DNA from: an uncultured Pseudomonadales bacterium
Lineage (GTDB): Bacteria; Pseudomonadota; Gammaproteobacteria; Pseudomonadales; CANNCY01
Direction of reading: 5' to 3'
Length of the DNA: 64,000 nt
Assembly (NCBI GenBank): GCA_947503335.1
Contig: CANNCY010000001.1
Location: forward strand, 1,090,958-1,154,957
This document shows, piece by piece, positions 29,155 to 38,421 of the stretch. The notes below the pieces were generated by a model. The model saw nothing but the letters and a program-made list of their open reading frames with translations. It ran no database searches and had not been told where the DNA came from. The first letter of the stretch is position 1, and every line of letters begins with the position of its first letter. The position numbers were made by a program, and so were the translations under genes.

Positions 29155-30072
29155 TTAGCTTGCAGAGCGCAGTTTAGCGGCACTTTCTTGTTTTACCAAG
29201 CCCAAGCTTTCGCGTGACTCTTGAGCGGTTTGTACCGAAGCACCCATCAACTCAAGAATTTTGCGCGCGCGCTCTACCAACTGAACGTTTGTAGCGAGCT
29301 CGCCCTTAGCCAAGTATAGGTTGTCTTCAAGACCAACGCGCACGTTGCCACCTAGTATCGCCGCCTGAGCCACCATGGGCATCTCTTGCGCACCAATGCC
29401 AAAGCCTGCCCAGTTAGAACCTTCTGGCAAGTTACTTACCATCGTCTGAAAGTTTTGAGTGGTTGCCTCTGCGCCCCATTTGATACCCATACATAGCTGG
29501 AATAATGGAGGTGCGTCTAACAAACCCTCTGCCATCATCTGCTTAGCAAACCAGATATGACCTAAGTCGAACACTTCAAGCTCAGGCTTCACACCAATCT
29601 CTTGAAGACGCTTAGCCCCTTCTCGCAACATGCCTGTTGAAGACACATACACATAGTTATCGATGTTGTAATTGAACGAGCCGCAGTCTAGCGAGCAGAT
29701 CTCGGGCAACAGCATCTCAACATGCTCTTGACGTGCCTTTTGGCCAATCAGGTCGGTGTAAGAATCAAGATTCAACGGTTCATCATCAGGGCCCAAGTAA
29801 AGATCACCACCCATACCGGTGGTTAAATTGATAACAACATCAGTGTCTGCGTCACGGATGCGATCAACCACTTCGGCATAAAGCTTTACTTCACGAGACG
29901 GTGCGCCAGTTTTAGGGTCACGTACGTGGATGTGAACAACACCTGCGCCTGCTTTAGTCACCTCAATGGCTTCTTTAGCAATCTGTTCAGGGGTTATAGG
30001 AAGATGAGGTGTTTTATTTGCTGTATCACCTGAGCCAGTAATCGCTGCGGTGATGATTGGGCTTCTATTCAT
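29155..30072 (-). CDS. Beta-keto acid cleavage enzyme (BKACE/DUF849), CdhC-like
   Basis: ITAAITGSGD, HIHVRDP (Zn His pair), NLTTGMGGDL, LPEICSLDCG, KPELEVFD, GGNVRVGLEDN. Start set at ATG 30072 (MNRSPIITAA) rather than 30192. Confidence 0.88.
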   Translation of the reverse strand: MNRSPIITAAITGSGDTANKTPHLPITPEQIAKEAIEVTKAGAGVVHIHVRDPKTGAPSREVKLYAEVVDRIRDADTDVVINLTTGMGGDLYLGPDDEPLNLDSYTDLIGQKARQEHVEMLLPEICSLDCGSFNYNIDNYVYVSSTGMLREGAKRLQEIGVKPELEVFDLGHIWFAKQMMAEGLLDAPPLFQLCMGIKWGAEATTQNFQTMVSNLPEGSNWAGFGIGAQEMPMVAQAAILGGNVRVGLEDNLYLAKGELATNVQLVERARKILELMGASVQTAQESRESLGLVKQESAAKLRSAS

Positions 30073-30080
30073 AGAAATAT

Positions 30081-30092
30081 TTTGAGATCTAT
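30081..30092. promoter_or_regulatory. Candidate CosR/EctR-type operator 1
   Basis: TTTGA-GA-TCTAT, 9-20 nt upstream of the BKACE ATG. Confidence 0.45.
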
Positions 30093-30207
30093 ACAATTTA
30101 ATTCGAAATTTAAAGCAAAAATCAGAAAAATCTTCGAAGACCCTACAAAAAACACTGAAATTATGCGTTCTTTGACTGACTAAGTTATCCAACCAACCCT
30201 TGCGAAT

Positions 30208-30225
30208 TGTTTAGTAGTCTAACTA
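30208..30225. promoter_or_regulatory. Candidate CosR/EctR-type operator 2
   Basis: TGTTTAGT-AG-TCTAACTA; core TTAGT-AG-TCTAA is one mismatch from a perfect palindrome. Confidence 0.5.
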
Positions 30226-30312
30226 TTTTTTTAGCAAATTTCAATTTTGTCGAAAATGCGCCAAAATCGATGATTAAATACACTCTAAATAAAACTCATA
30301 AAAACGATACCT

Positions 30313-31755
30313 ATGCGCTTACTCAAGACAGCCTTAATTTTAATCGCTAGCATCATCGCGGTGATCACGTTTAACACCATCCAATACACTACCAATGACC
30401 ACGAACCTGCTGCCTTCGAGCCGGTTAACGTCAACGAACATCGCTCTTTAGAGCGCCTATCAAGCGCCATTCAGATCAAGACCATATCTGGCCAAGGGAT
30501 AGAACCGTTCAAGCAATTGCACCAACTACTTAGCACGCAGTTTTCAGCGGTTTTCGCAACGCTCGAAGCCAGCACGTTAAACGAAGGCACTCTAGTTCTT
30601 GTTTGGCATGGCAAGGACACCTCGTTAGACCCTATTGTATGGCTAGCGCATCAAGACGTTGTTCCCGTCGAAGCGGCGTCTATAGACAAGTGGCGCTTTG
30701 CACCGTTCTCAGGAACACTTGCTGATGGCCTTATTTGGGGTCGTGGCACGCTAGACGACAAAGGCTCGGTGATGGCAATTTTTGAAGCGCTCGATCTATT
30801 AGTAACCGAAGGCTTCAGACCGAATCGAACGATGCACTTTGTTTTTGGTCATGACGAAGAAATTGGTGGCGAGCTAGGTGCAAAAGCTTATGCGCAAAAG
30901 ATGCACGAACAAGGCACACGCTATGAATACGCCCTTGATGAAGGAAGCGTGATTACTCGCATGGTACCAGGGGTTAACAGTGCAGTAGCGTTAATCAGCA
31001 CCACAGAGCGCGGATATTTGTCACTAAAACTAAGCACCACCGATACCGGTGGCCATTCTTCGACACCGAGCGGATATCCGGCTATATTTCGCCTTGCTAA
31101 CGCTCTTTCTAAATTAGCTCACCACCCCTTTGCCGCAGACCTTAGTGACATCAGCGCAACGATGAAAGCGCTAGGTAACAAGCTGCCCTGGTATTACCGA
31201 GCTATTTTTGCAAATGAATGGCTTTTTGCGGGCGCAATCAATCAAATGATGCAGTCGTCTGGGGCATTAAACGCCGGCATTAGAACCACCATTGCCCCAA
31301 CGATGCTAAAGGCAGGCGTTAAAGACAACGTGCTACCAACCTACGCAGAAGCAGTAATCAATTTAAGACTGTTCCCGGGTGATACCACCCAATCAGCAAT
31401 TGAAAAAGTTAGAACACTGATCAACGATGACAGCATTGTAATCGCTCCGTATGAAGGCGACTTCGGTAGTGAAGCCCCGACCCCATCAAGCACTGACGCA
31501 CAAGCCTATAAAAGTTTAGTGACGGCTATCGAGAAAAGTTATGACGGCGAAATTAGCGTTGCCCCACGCATCATGATTGGCGCCGCAGACATTCGTCATT
31601 TCACGCACCTTACCGACAACCATTATCGATTCATCGCCGCCGAATTAGATCAGTCGATGATTGACGGCTTTCACGGTATAAACGAGCGCCTGCCCGAAAC
31701 CAGTTATATACGTATGATTAGAATGTATTACCACCTAGCAAAACAAAACAACTAG
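30313..31755 (+). CDS. M20-family metallopeptidase (Gly-Xaa carboxypeptidase-like)
   Basis: N-terminal anchor; LAHQDVVP, WGRGTLDDKG, GHDEEIGG, LDEG, GGHSS, HGINER. Confidence 0.88.
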   Translation: MRLLKTALILIASIIAVITFNTIQYTTNDHEPAAFEPVNVNEHRSLERLSSAIQIKTISGQGIEPFKQLHQLLSTQFSAVFATLEASTLNEGTLVLVWHGKDTSLDPIVWLAHQDVVPVEAASIDKWRFAPFSGTLADGLIWGRGTLDDKGSVMAIFEALDLLVTEGFRPNRTMHFVFGHDEEIGGELGAKAYAQKMHEQGTRYEYALDEGSVITRMVPGVNSAVALISTTERGYLSLKLSTTDTGGHSSTPSGYPAIFRLANALSKLAHHPFAADLSDISATMKALGNKLPWYYRAIFANEWLFAGAINQMMQSSGALNAGIRTTIAPTMLKAGVKDNVLPTYAEAVINLRLFPGDTTQSAIEKVRTLINDDSIVIAPYEGDFGSEAPTPSSTDAQAYKSLVTAIEKSYDGEISVAPRIMIGAADIRHFTHLTDNHYRFIAAELDQSMIDGFHGINERLPETSYIRMIRMYYHLAKQNN

Positions 31756-31759
31756 CAAA

Positions 31760-32197
31760 CTAGTCAATACCCTGTTGCTTTAACCAGGCTAACAATTGAG
31801 GTGCCATCATGGCACCCGCCTGATGGGCAACTGGCTTACCTTGGCGATACAAAATAAGCGTAGGAATGCTGCGAATCCTTTGCTCATGGGCCACTTTCAC
31901 AGCAACCTCAGTATTGACCTTATAGAACTTAACCTTACCCTTCAGCTGCTTGGCCACCTCATCAAAGTGGGGGGCCATATTCTTACAGGGCCCACACCAA
32001 GGAGCCCAGAAATCAACTAATACGGGCAGATCATTTTTAGATACAAATCTGCCAAAGTTAGCGTCGCTTAATTCGTGCGGTATGCCATGAAACAACGTAG
32101 CACGACACTTGCCACAATTTGGCCACTGCTCGATTCGCTCGCGCGGTACCCTATTGACCGCTGAACACACATTACAAACAACTTGAATCGCAGACAT
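31760..32197 (-). CDS. trxC: Thioredoxin 2
   Basis: N-terminal CNVC...CGKC zinc site plus WAPWCGPC. Confidence 0.92.
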   Translation of the reverse strand: MSAIQVVCNVCSAVNRVPRERIEQWPNCGKCRATLFHGIPHELSDANFGRFVSKNDLPVLVDFWAPWCGPCKNMAPHFDEVAKQLKGKVKFYKVNTEVAVKVAHEQRIRSIPTLILYRQGKPVAHQAGAMMAPQLLAWLKQQGID

Positions 32198-32224
32198 GTA
32201 TACCTATAAACCTCTCTAACTGCC

Positions 32225-33079
32225 TTACGCCAATGCTGGGTAGGACAACAAAATAAAATGAAACAGATTCACCACTACATGACACAGCATGGCAGCTTCG
32301 ATGCGTTTTGTCTTGTGATAGCAATATCCATAAAAAGCACCAGCTATCGATGCTAATACAACATATGTCAGACCACCGGCAAAGTGCGCAGCACCAAACA
32401 ACAGTGCCCCTATAGCGATGGCCAAGTTACCTCCCCATCGATATGGCGAAAACAAGATTGCTAGACGCCCCTGAATCAATCCTCTAAAAAAGGCCTCTTC
32501 AGTCAAACAGGTAAACAACAAATTGTGCAGCAGCCAAACTGGTAGCAACCAATGAAACTGGGGGCTCCAATCCACATAATCAAACGTTAAAGCAAGCGAA
32601 GCTACGATCAACATCGCGATCACTGCAGGCCTTGCGGCTTGATATAACATCAGACGCCAATCGCGAACGTGGCTTATACGACGCAACATGATACCAGCAA
32701 TCAATACACCCGCTGCGGCCTTATCGAAATTAAAGTAAAGCTTATAGTCAATGCTGTCAGCCTTAAGCTGCCCAGCAAATACCTGTGCATTATCGACTGG
32801 CAATACATGTACACCCAATGCCAACCCCAACATCAAGGCTAACAACCAAGCTGCCCACCCAACCCAATCAGTGCGTTTTGCAACCCAGAGCATCACACTC
32901 AGCAACCCGATGGCAACCAACAAAAGTAAAGAAGCGCGACCGTCAAAGTAACCCAGCAAAAGCGACGCTGCTAGCGCCCCTGCCCATATTGCAGAATGAC
33001 GAAAAGCCCACAAAGCGATAACCGTAAAGATCATCATTGCGTAGGCCAAATAAGTGAGAAGAGAAAATTCGTTGTACAT
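32225..33079 (-). CDS. CPBP (CAAX/Abi) family intramembrane glutamic endopeptidase
   Basis: TEEAFFRGLIQ, LFGAAHF, AAMLCHVVVN; polytopic membrane protein. Confidence 0.88.
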   Translation of the reverse strand: MYNEFSLLTYLAYAMMIFTVIALWAFRHSAIWAGALAASLLLGYFDGRASLLLLVAIGLLSVMLWVAKRTDWVGWAAWLLALMLGLALGVHVLPVDNAQVFAGQLKADSIDYKLYFNFDKAAAGVLIAGIMLRRISHVRDWRLMLYQAARPAVIAMLIVASLALTFDYVDWSPQFHWLLPVWLLHNLLFTCLTEEAFFRGLIQGRLAILFSPYRWGGNLAIAIGALLFGAAHFAGGLTYVVLASIAGAFYGYCYHKTKRIEAAMLCHVVVNLFHFILLSYPALA

Positions 33080-33166
33080 TACTTTATTATTTTACTGTTC
33101 AGAAAAATCACCAAAATAGATCGTCTAAGCTTAGGCGCAAGCTAACACCATCTGGGCTAAACACCT

Positions 33167-35911
33167 ATGTCTCAATCACCTACCGAGAACATGCCTAACA
33201 ATGTTCAAAACGCTCACACGATGTCTATCTCTGATATCGCTGACGAGCTAAAAATAGATACCACTAAGGGCCTTTCGCATGAAGAAGCAGCTCAAAGACT
33301 GAAAACCTTCGGCCTAAATCAGTTAGCAGAGGCAAAACGAGAGTCGGCGATTGTATTATTTCTTAGGCAGCTTGTTAATCCCCTCCTAGTGATACTAGGT
33401 GCAGGCGCCGCTATCTCGGGCTACACCGGCCATTGGGTTGATGCCATTGCCATCATCGCTATCATCTTTATCAATGCAACCATTAGCTTTGTGCAAGAAT
33501 TTAAGGCAGAACAGTCAATTGCAGCCTTGAGCAAGATGGCTGCGCCGCTTGCAACCGTTATGCGCGGCGCAAAATGGACAGAAATTGAAGCCAAAGAACT
33601 GGTTCCTGGCGATATCTTGCGCATTAAGGCAGGCGATATTTTGCCCGCTGACGTGCGATTATTAGACACATATCAGCTACATGCTGAAGAAGCTGCGCTG
33701 ACAGGTGAGTCAGAGCCCGTCGAAAAGAGCTGCCACACAACCATTGATGAAGAAGCACCACTAGCCGAACGGTTCAATATGGGCTTTAGCAGCACGCTCA
33801 TTACTAGTGGCACTGGTATCGGTATCGTAACCGCTACGGCGATGGATACTGAGGTGGGCCACATCGCCAAACTAATGAATGCTGCAAAGCAACCAAAGAC
33901 CCCACTACAAGAACGTATCGAGGGCCTATCAAAAATTCTGATCGCCGCCGCGTTGCTCGTAGTTGCAATCATCATTGGTATTGGCCTTGCGAATGGCATG
34001 GATACCTTCGAGATGCTTAGCACTGCAATCTCGCTATCTGTCGCGGCAATTCCTGAGGGTATGCCGACGATCGTTACGATAGTGCTAACGATTGGATCTC
34101 AGGCCATGGCAAGAAAAAACGCATTGGTACGCCAACTCAACTCGGTCGAAACCCTTGGTACAACGTCAGTCATCTGCTCAGACAAAACAGGTACATTAAC
34201 GCAAAATCAGATGCAGGTGATGCGACTTTGGTCAGCAGGTAAACTATGGTCAGTATCGGGCGAAGGATTTAACCCTAAAGGCCAATTCATCGGCACAGAT
34301 GGCTTATCTGCAAAGGGTGACGACGAAACTGACCTATGGCTGACACTTGCCATTTCAGCCTATTGCAACGAGGCCAAGCTTATCGAAAGCGACGGCCGCC
34401 CTGCCATTCAAGGCAATCCAACTGAAGGGGCCTTAGTGGTTGCGGCAGCAAAACTAGGCATTACCAGAGCTGAGTTAAAAGAGGGGCAATTCAAAACCCT
34501 ATCAACGTTCCCGTTTGACTCGAACCGAAAGATGATGAGCATGGTTGTTCAAACTCCCGAAGGTAAACGCATATTAATTGCCAAAGGCGCCCCTGACGTT
34601 GTTATCGGTAAGTCAACCCAGGTTCAAATCGACGGTCAATCAACTCCATTTACCTCTGAACACACTGCATCTATTGACCGTGTTATTGAGGAGTTTGGCG
34701 AAAGTGCACTGCGAACACTTGCCGTAGCGTATAGACACCTTGAAGAAGACGAAGACATTGCGACACTGACAGTAGATGACGCCGAGCAGAATCTAGTTCT
34801 TCTAGCTATTCACGGCATTATCGACCCTCCACGCCCCCAGGTGCCAAAAGCAGTCTCTGAAGCTGCCAAAGCCGGTATAAGAACCGTAATGATTACGGGC
34901 GATCACGTTAGTACCGCTACCGCCATCGCAGAACAAATTGGTATCAAAGAAGATGATGATCAATCTGTGCACACTGGCGTCGACGTAGATGGCTATTCTG
35001 ATAAGAAACTCGCTAGAATTTGCAAGAATGCCGCAGTCTTTGCTCGCGTAACCCCCGAGCATAAACTGCGTATAGTGAACGCCATGCAAAACAACGGCGA
35101 AGTAGCTGCTATGACAGGTGATGGCGTTAACGATGCCCCCGCTTTGCGAGCAGCTGATATTGGTGTAGCGATGGGCATCGCAGGCACTTCTGTAGCCAAA
35201 GAAAGCGCATCTTTAGTATTGTTAGATGACAACTTCGCAACCATCGTCACAGCGGTTCGCGAGGGGCGCCGAATCTATGACAATCTTCTTAAGTTTATTA
35301 GACAGGCGTTAACTGCCAATGTGGCTGAAGTGTCTGCTATTTTATTTGCTTTTTTGCTGCTTGGCGCTGAACCGCTGTTAACACTTACCCCCTTAATGAT
35401 TCTATGGATTAACCTAGTATCAGATGGCATGCCTGCGCTGACTCTAGGTCTAGAGCCAGCAGAACCAAACGTGATGAGGCGACCACCGCGAAGCCGTTAC
35501 CACCGGCTGTTTTCAAATGGTTTAGGTGCACGCATACTTCTGAGGGGGCTCGCGCTCGGTGGGCTTACATACTATTTGTTTGACTTCACTTTACAGATGG
35601 GTCACACGCTGCAATATGCTCAGACAGTCGCCTTTGCAACGCTTATTTTCGCACAGCTTTGGCATATATTTGATGCTAGATCAAGTACATCGCTATTTAG
35701 AAAAAACCCCTTCGGCAACAAGAGTCTACTGTTGGCGGTATTCGCATCAGCGGCATTGTCGTTGCTCGTAATCTATACACCTTACGGCAATTTCATACTG
35801 GGTACCGAGCCACTAGAATTTACTAAGCTGTTTATCGTGATCGCTCTGGCATCCCTACCGACGCTAGGCCTATCTGCAATAAAAGAGATCTTTGAGATAA
35901 AGTCTTTATAA
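33167..35911 (+). CDS. P-type cation-transporting ATPase (type IIA, Ca2+-like)
   Basis: LTGES, IPEGM, CSDKTGT, KGAPD, MITGD, TGDGVNDAPAL, ILWINLVSD. Confidence 0.92.
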   Translation: MSQSPTENMPNNVQNAHTMSISDIADELKIDTTKGLSHEEAAQRLKTFGLNQLAEAKRESAIVLFLRQLVNPLLVILGAGAAISGYTGHWVDAIAIIAIIFINATISFVQEFKAEQSIAALSKMAAPLATVMRGAKWTEIEAKELVPGDILRIKAGDILPADVRLLDTYQLHAEEAALTGESEPVEKSCHTTIDEEAPLAERFNMGFSSTLITSGTGIGIVTATAMDTEVGHIAKLMNAAKQPKTPLQERIEGLSKILIAAALLVVAIIIGIGLANGMDTFEMLSTAISLSVAAIPEGMPTIVTIVLTIGSQAMARKNALVRQLNSVETLGTTSVICSDKTGTLTQNQMQVMRLWSAGKLWSVSGEGFNPKGQFIGTDGLSAKGDDETDLWLTLAISAYCNEAKLIESDGRPAIQGNPTEGALVVAAAKLGITRAELKEGQFKTLSTFPFDSNRKMMSMVVQTPEGKRILIAKGAPDVVIGKSTQVQIDGQSTPFTSEHTASIDRVIEEFGESALRTLAVAYRHLEEDEDIATLTVDDAEQNLVLLAIHGIIDPPRPQVPKAVSEAAKAGIRTVMITGDHVSTATAIAEQIGIKEDDDQSVHTGVDVDGYSDKKLARICKNAAVFARVTPEHKLRIVNAMQNNGEVAAMTGDGVNDAPALRAADIGVAMGIAGTSVAKESASLVLLDDNFATIVTAVREGRRIYDNLLKFIRQALTANVAEVSAILFAFLLLGAEPLLTLTPLMILWINLVSDGMPALTLGLEPAEPNVMRRPPRSRYHRLFSNGLGARILLRGLALGGLTYYLFDFTLQMGHTLQYAQTVAFATLIFAQLWHIFDARSSTSLFRKNPFGNKSLLLAVFASAALSLLVIYTPYGNFILGTEPLEFTKLFIVIALASLPTLGLSAIKEIFEIKSL

Positions 35912-35942
35912 AAGACAAAGAATTGAATCGAGCTATAGACGA

Positions 35943-36032
<90 letters not shown>

Positions 36033-36075
36033 GTTAGGGCGCGTACTGTACACACAGCCTTGCACCAAATCAACG

Positions 36076-36633
36076 TTACTTAGGCAACCCCTTAATGAAA
36101 TAGTCGCTGATATTTAGATCAGGAACGGGCTTTAACTGCCCTGCAGGCGTGCCCAAGTATAAAAAGCCCACTATTTTCTCTTTCTTCGTTAAGCCAAGCG
36201 CCTGGGTAACGAAGTCGTTCATAGCCAACGGCCCTGTACGCCAAATCGCTCCCAACCCTTGGGCATAGGCCGCCGAAATCATCTGCTGGCACGCACCACC
36301 GGTGCTGACTAACTGCTCCCAAAGTGGCACTTTCGGGTGCTCTTTAAAAGACGCTATCGCGATGATCATCATCGGAGCTCGTAGCGGCATTTTGCGAGCC
36401 CGCTCAATCTTATCGTCACTTTCGCCCTCTAGCGCACTCGCCTGGGCCAAAATGTCGCCCAGTTTCTCTAAGTCGCCCCCCTGAAGCACCATATAACGCC
36501 AGGGTCGAAGATACGCATGGTCTGCGGTACGAAAGGCAGCCTGCTGAATAATCTTAAGCTGGGCGTCAGTGGGCGCGGGCGCCTCAAGCTTGGGTGAAGA
36601 TACGCGCTGCGTTACAAGGTCTATTGCGTTCAT
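36076..36633 (-). CDS. Nitroreductase family protein (YdjA-like)
   Basis: RVSSPKL, ADHAYLRPWR, GLGAIWRTG, VGFLYLGT. Confidence 0.88.
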   Translation of the reverse strand: MNAIDLVTQRVSSPKLEAPAPTDAQLKIIQQAAFRTADHAYLRPWRYMVLQGGDLEKLGDILAQASALEGESDDKIERARKMPLRAPMMIIAIASFKEHPKVPLWEQLVSTGGACQQMISAAYAQGLGAIWRTGPLAMNDFVTQALGLTKKEKIVGFLYLGTPAGQLKPVPDLNISDYFIKGLPK

Positions 36634-36713
36634 AGGGTCATTAATTGCCTAGATGAATGGTCTATCAGGGTCAATACTGATTTTAATGGAGTATTCTAAC
36701 TAGTGCAGGGAGC

Positions 36714-37586
36714 TTGTACAGAGTGTTTTTAAATGAATTTACACTTCTGGGCGTTGGCCAGGTCGTATTGGGCTGCCTAGTATTGATGTTCGCACTACTG
36801 TTCTACCTAAAATCACTGCGCGGCACTCTATTTGATCAAAATGACGAGCTAGAGCGCCTTGCTGACGAACTTGCTGGCAAAAACAGTCAACCTACTCCCA
36901 CCTCAACAAAGATCACCGCAGAAATGGTTGCAAAACAGCTTGAGGTAACCAAAGCCCATCACGAGTCGTTAGGAGGCGATAAATCTATTAATGACGACCT
37001 TAATATCGGAATTCCTAGCAATCGTCGTACGGCCGCTATGCGCCACGCGTATCTAAATGCTGAACACAGAGCCACAACTGACGAAGAGATACCAAACTGG
37101 ACTTCGCTTGAAGGTGATTTAGACCCGCTCATGAATCGACTGATCGCGCTAGGAGCTAGCGTGGAGCGCGCGAGAAGCCTAAAGAAACTAGCAGCAGCGA
37201 ATGAAGCGAAAGAAGCTGAAGAAGATGACGCAGCACCTAACGTTCAGTTTAAAGCTGGTGAGAATCCTGAAATGGACGACCTTCGCCTTCTTACAACTCG
37301 CCAAGCCGCCGAGATTGAAGCACTGCAACAACAACTAAGCACGGCCACAGACAACGAAGAGAAAACTCGAATAATCAATGACCTAGCAAACAAGTGCAAT
37401 CAATTAACTGAAACGAATCACAAGCTACAACTCGCTGCTCGCCAACTAGCTCAGGCCAAAAGCGTTGACGTGAGCACTGATCCTGAAGAGATCAACCGTT
37501 ACAAGGCTCAGATAAAAGAACTAGAGACCTGCATCGAAACCCTAGAACAAGAGATAGAAACACTTAACAGTAAAGGTGGCGAGTAG
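36714..37586 (+). CDS. Hypothetical membrane-anchored coiled-coil protein
   Basis: Single N-terminal TM then heptad-rich E/K/L/Q segments; no family recognised. TTG start uncertain. Confidence 0.65.
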   Translation: MYRVFLNEFTLLGVGQVVLGCLVLMFALLFYLKSLRGTLFDQNDELERLADELAGKNSQPTPTSTKITAEMVAKQLEVTKAHHESLGGDKSINDDLNIGIPSNRRTAAMRHAYLNAEHRATTDEEIPNWTSLEGDLDPLMNRLIALGASVERARSLKKLAAANEAKEAEEDDAAPNVQFKAGENPEMDDLRLLTTRQAAEIEALQQQLSTATDNEEKTRIINDLANKCNQLTETNHKLQLAARQLAQAKSVDVSTDPEEINRYKAQIKELETCIETLEQEIETLNSKGGE

Positions 37587-37644
37587 CATCCATTCTGATT
37601 GACACTTACAATGGGCACAACGATAACAACCACTTAGCAGTTTC

Positions 37645-38367
37645 ATGCGCAAAGAGCACAAGCCCTACTGGCTTAAACGCCTGATCGAAAAGATAGGCCA
37701 AACCTATGTATCTCGTATTATCGCCCCACAACTAGATCACTTGGGCGAGTTTCCCAAGATATACGGCCCGCAGTACCTTTTACTATTTGGCGAAAAGATC
37801 CGCATTGGCAATTGTCTTCACATGGCTTGCGATAGCGACCGAAAAGTACGTATTCAGACCTGGTCGCACAAAGGTGCATCAGCCAGCATAACCATTGGCA
37901 ATTACTGTTTAATATCGCCTGGTGTACGTATCATGGCAGAACGTTCAATAACAATCGGTGACAGCTGTATGTTTGGCGCTGGTGCTTATATCGCCGACAG
38001 CGACTGGCACGGGCTGTACAACCGAACTAGACCTTTTCGCTGCAGCGAGCCTGTGGTTTTAAAAGACAATGTATGGATTGGAGACGGCGCCAAAGTCTGT
38101 AAAGGGGTTACCATTGGTGAAAACTCGGTTGTGGGTGCTGGAGCTGTGGTTACCAAAGACGTACCAGATAACGTCGTCGTAGCAGGCGTGCCAGCTAAAG
38201 TCGTTAAGAAAATTAATCCCAATCGCAAGATGCTTACAAGAGAATTTCTATTCTCAGACCCAGCTTGGTTGACCGATCAAGAAAATCAACTAAACAAGGC
38301 TTTTCTAGCTAACAATTCTGTATTCAAATGGCTGAAATCCTTGATATTTCCGACTAAATTAGACTAG
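37645..38367 (+). CDS. Hexapeptide-repeat O-acyltransferase
   Basis: ITIGNYC, ITIGDSC, VVLKDNVWIG, GVTIGENSVVGAGAVVTKDVP. Confidence 0.88.
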   Translation: MRKEHKPYWLKRLIEKIGQTYVSRIIAPQLDHLGEFPKIYGPQYLLLFGEKIRIGNCLHMACDSDRKVRIQTWSHKGASASITIGNYCLISPGVRIMAERSITIGDSCMFGAGAYIADSDWHGLYNRTRPFRCSEPVVLKDNVWIGDGAKVCKGVTIGENSVVGAGAVVTKDVPDNVVVAGVPAKVVKKINPNRKMLTREFLFSDPAWLTDQENQLNKAFLANNSVFKWLKSLIFPTKLD

Positions 38368-38421
38368 TGCTGTGACTGAACTGTTGGTACACTGCCTGCT
38401 GGATTAATCCCGTGGACCACT

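Noticed and set aside
30073-30192. 40-aa N-terminal extension of the BKACE
   Set aside because: AT-rich, not BKACE-like, and spans the candidate operator; family homology starts at MNRSPIITAA.
32225-33079. CPBP/Abi protein as a phage-defence gene
   Set aside because: The Abi label for this family reflects CAAX-protease homology; no defence-system neighbours.
33080-33166. yybP-ykoY riboswitch ahead of the P-type ATPase
   Set aside because: Spacer is only 87 bp and lacks the recognisable conserved motif or paired stems.
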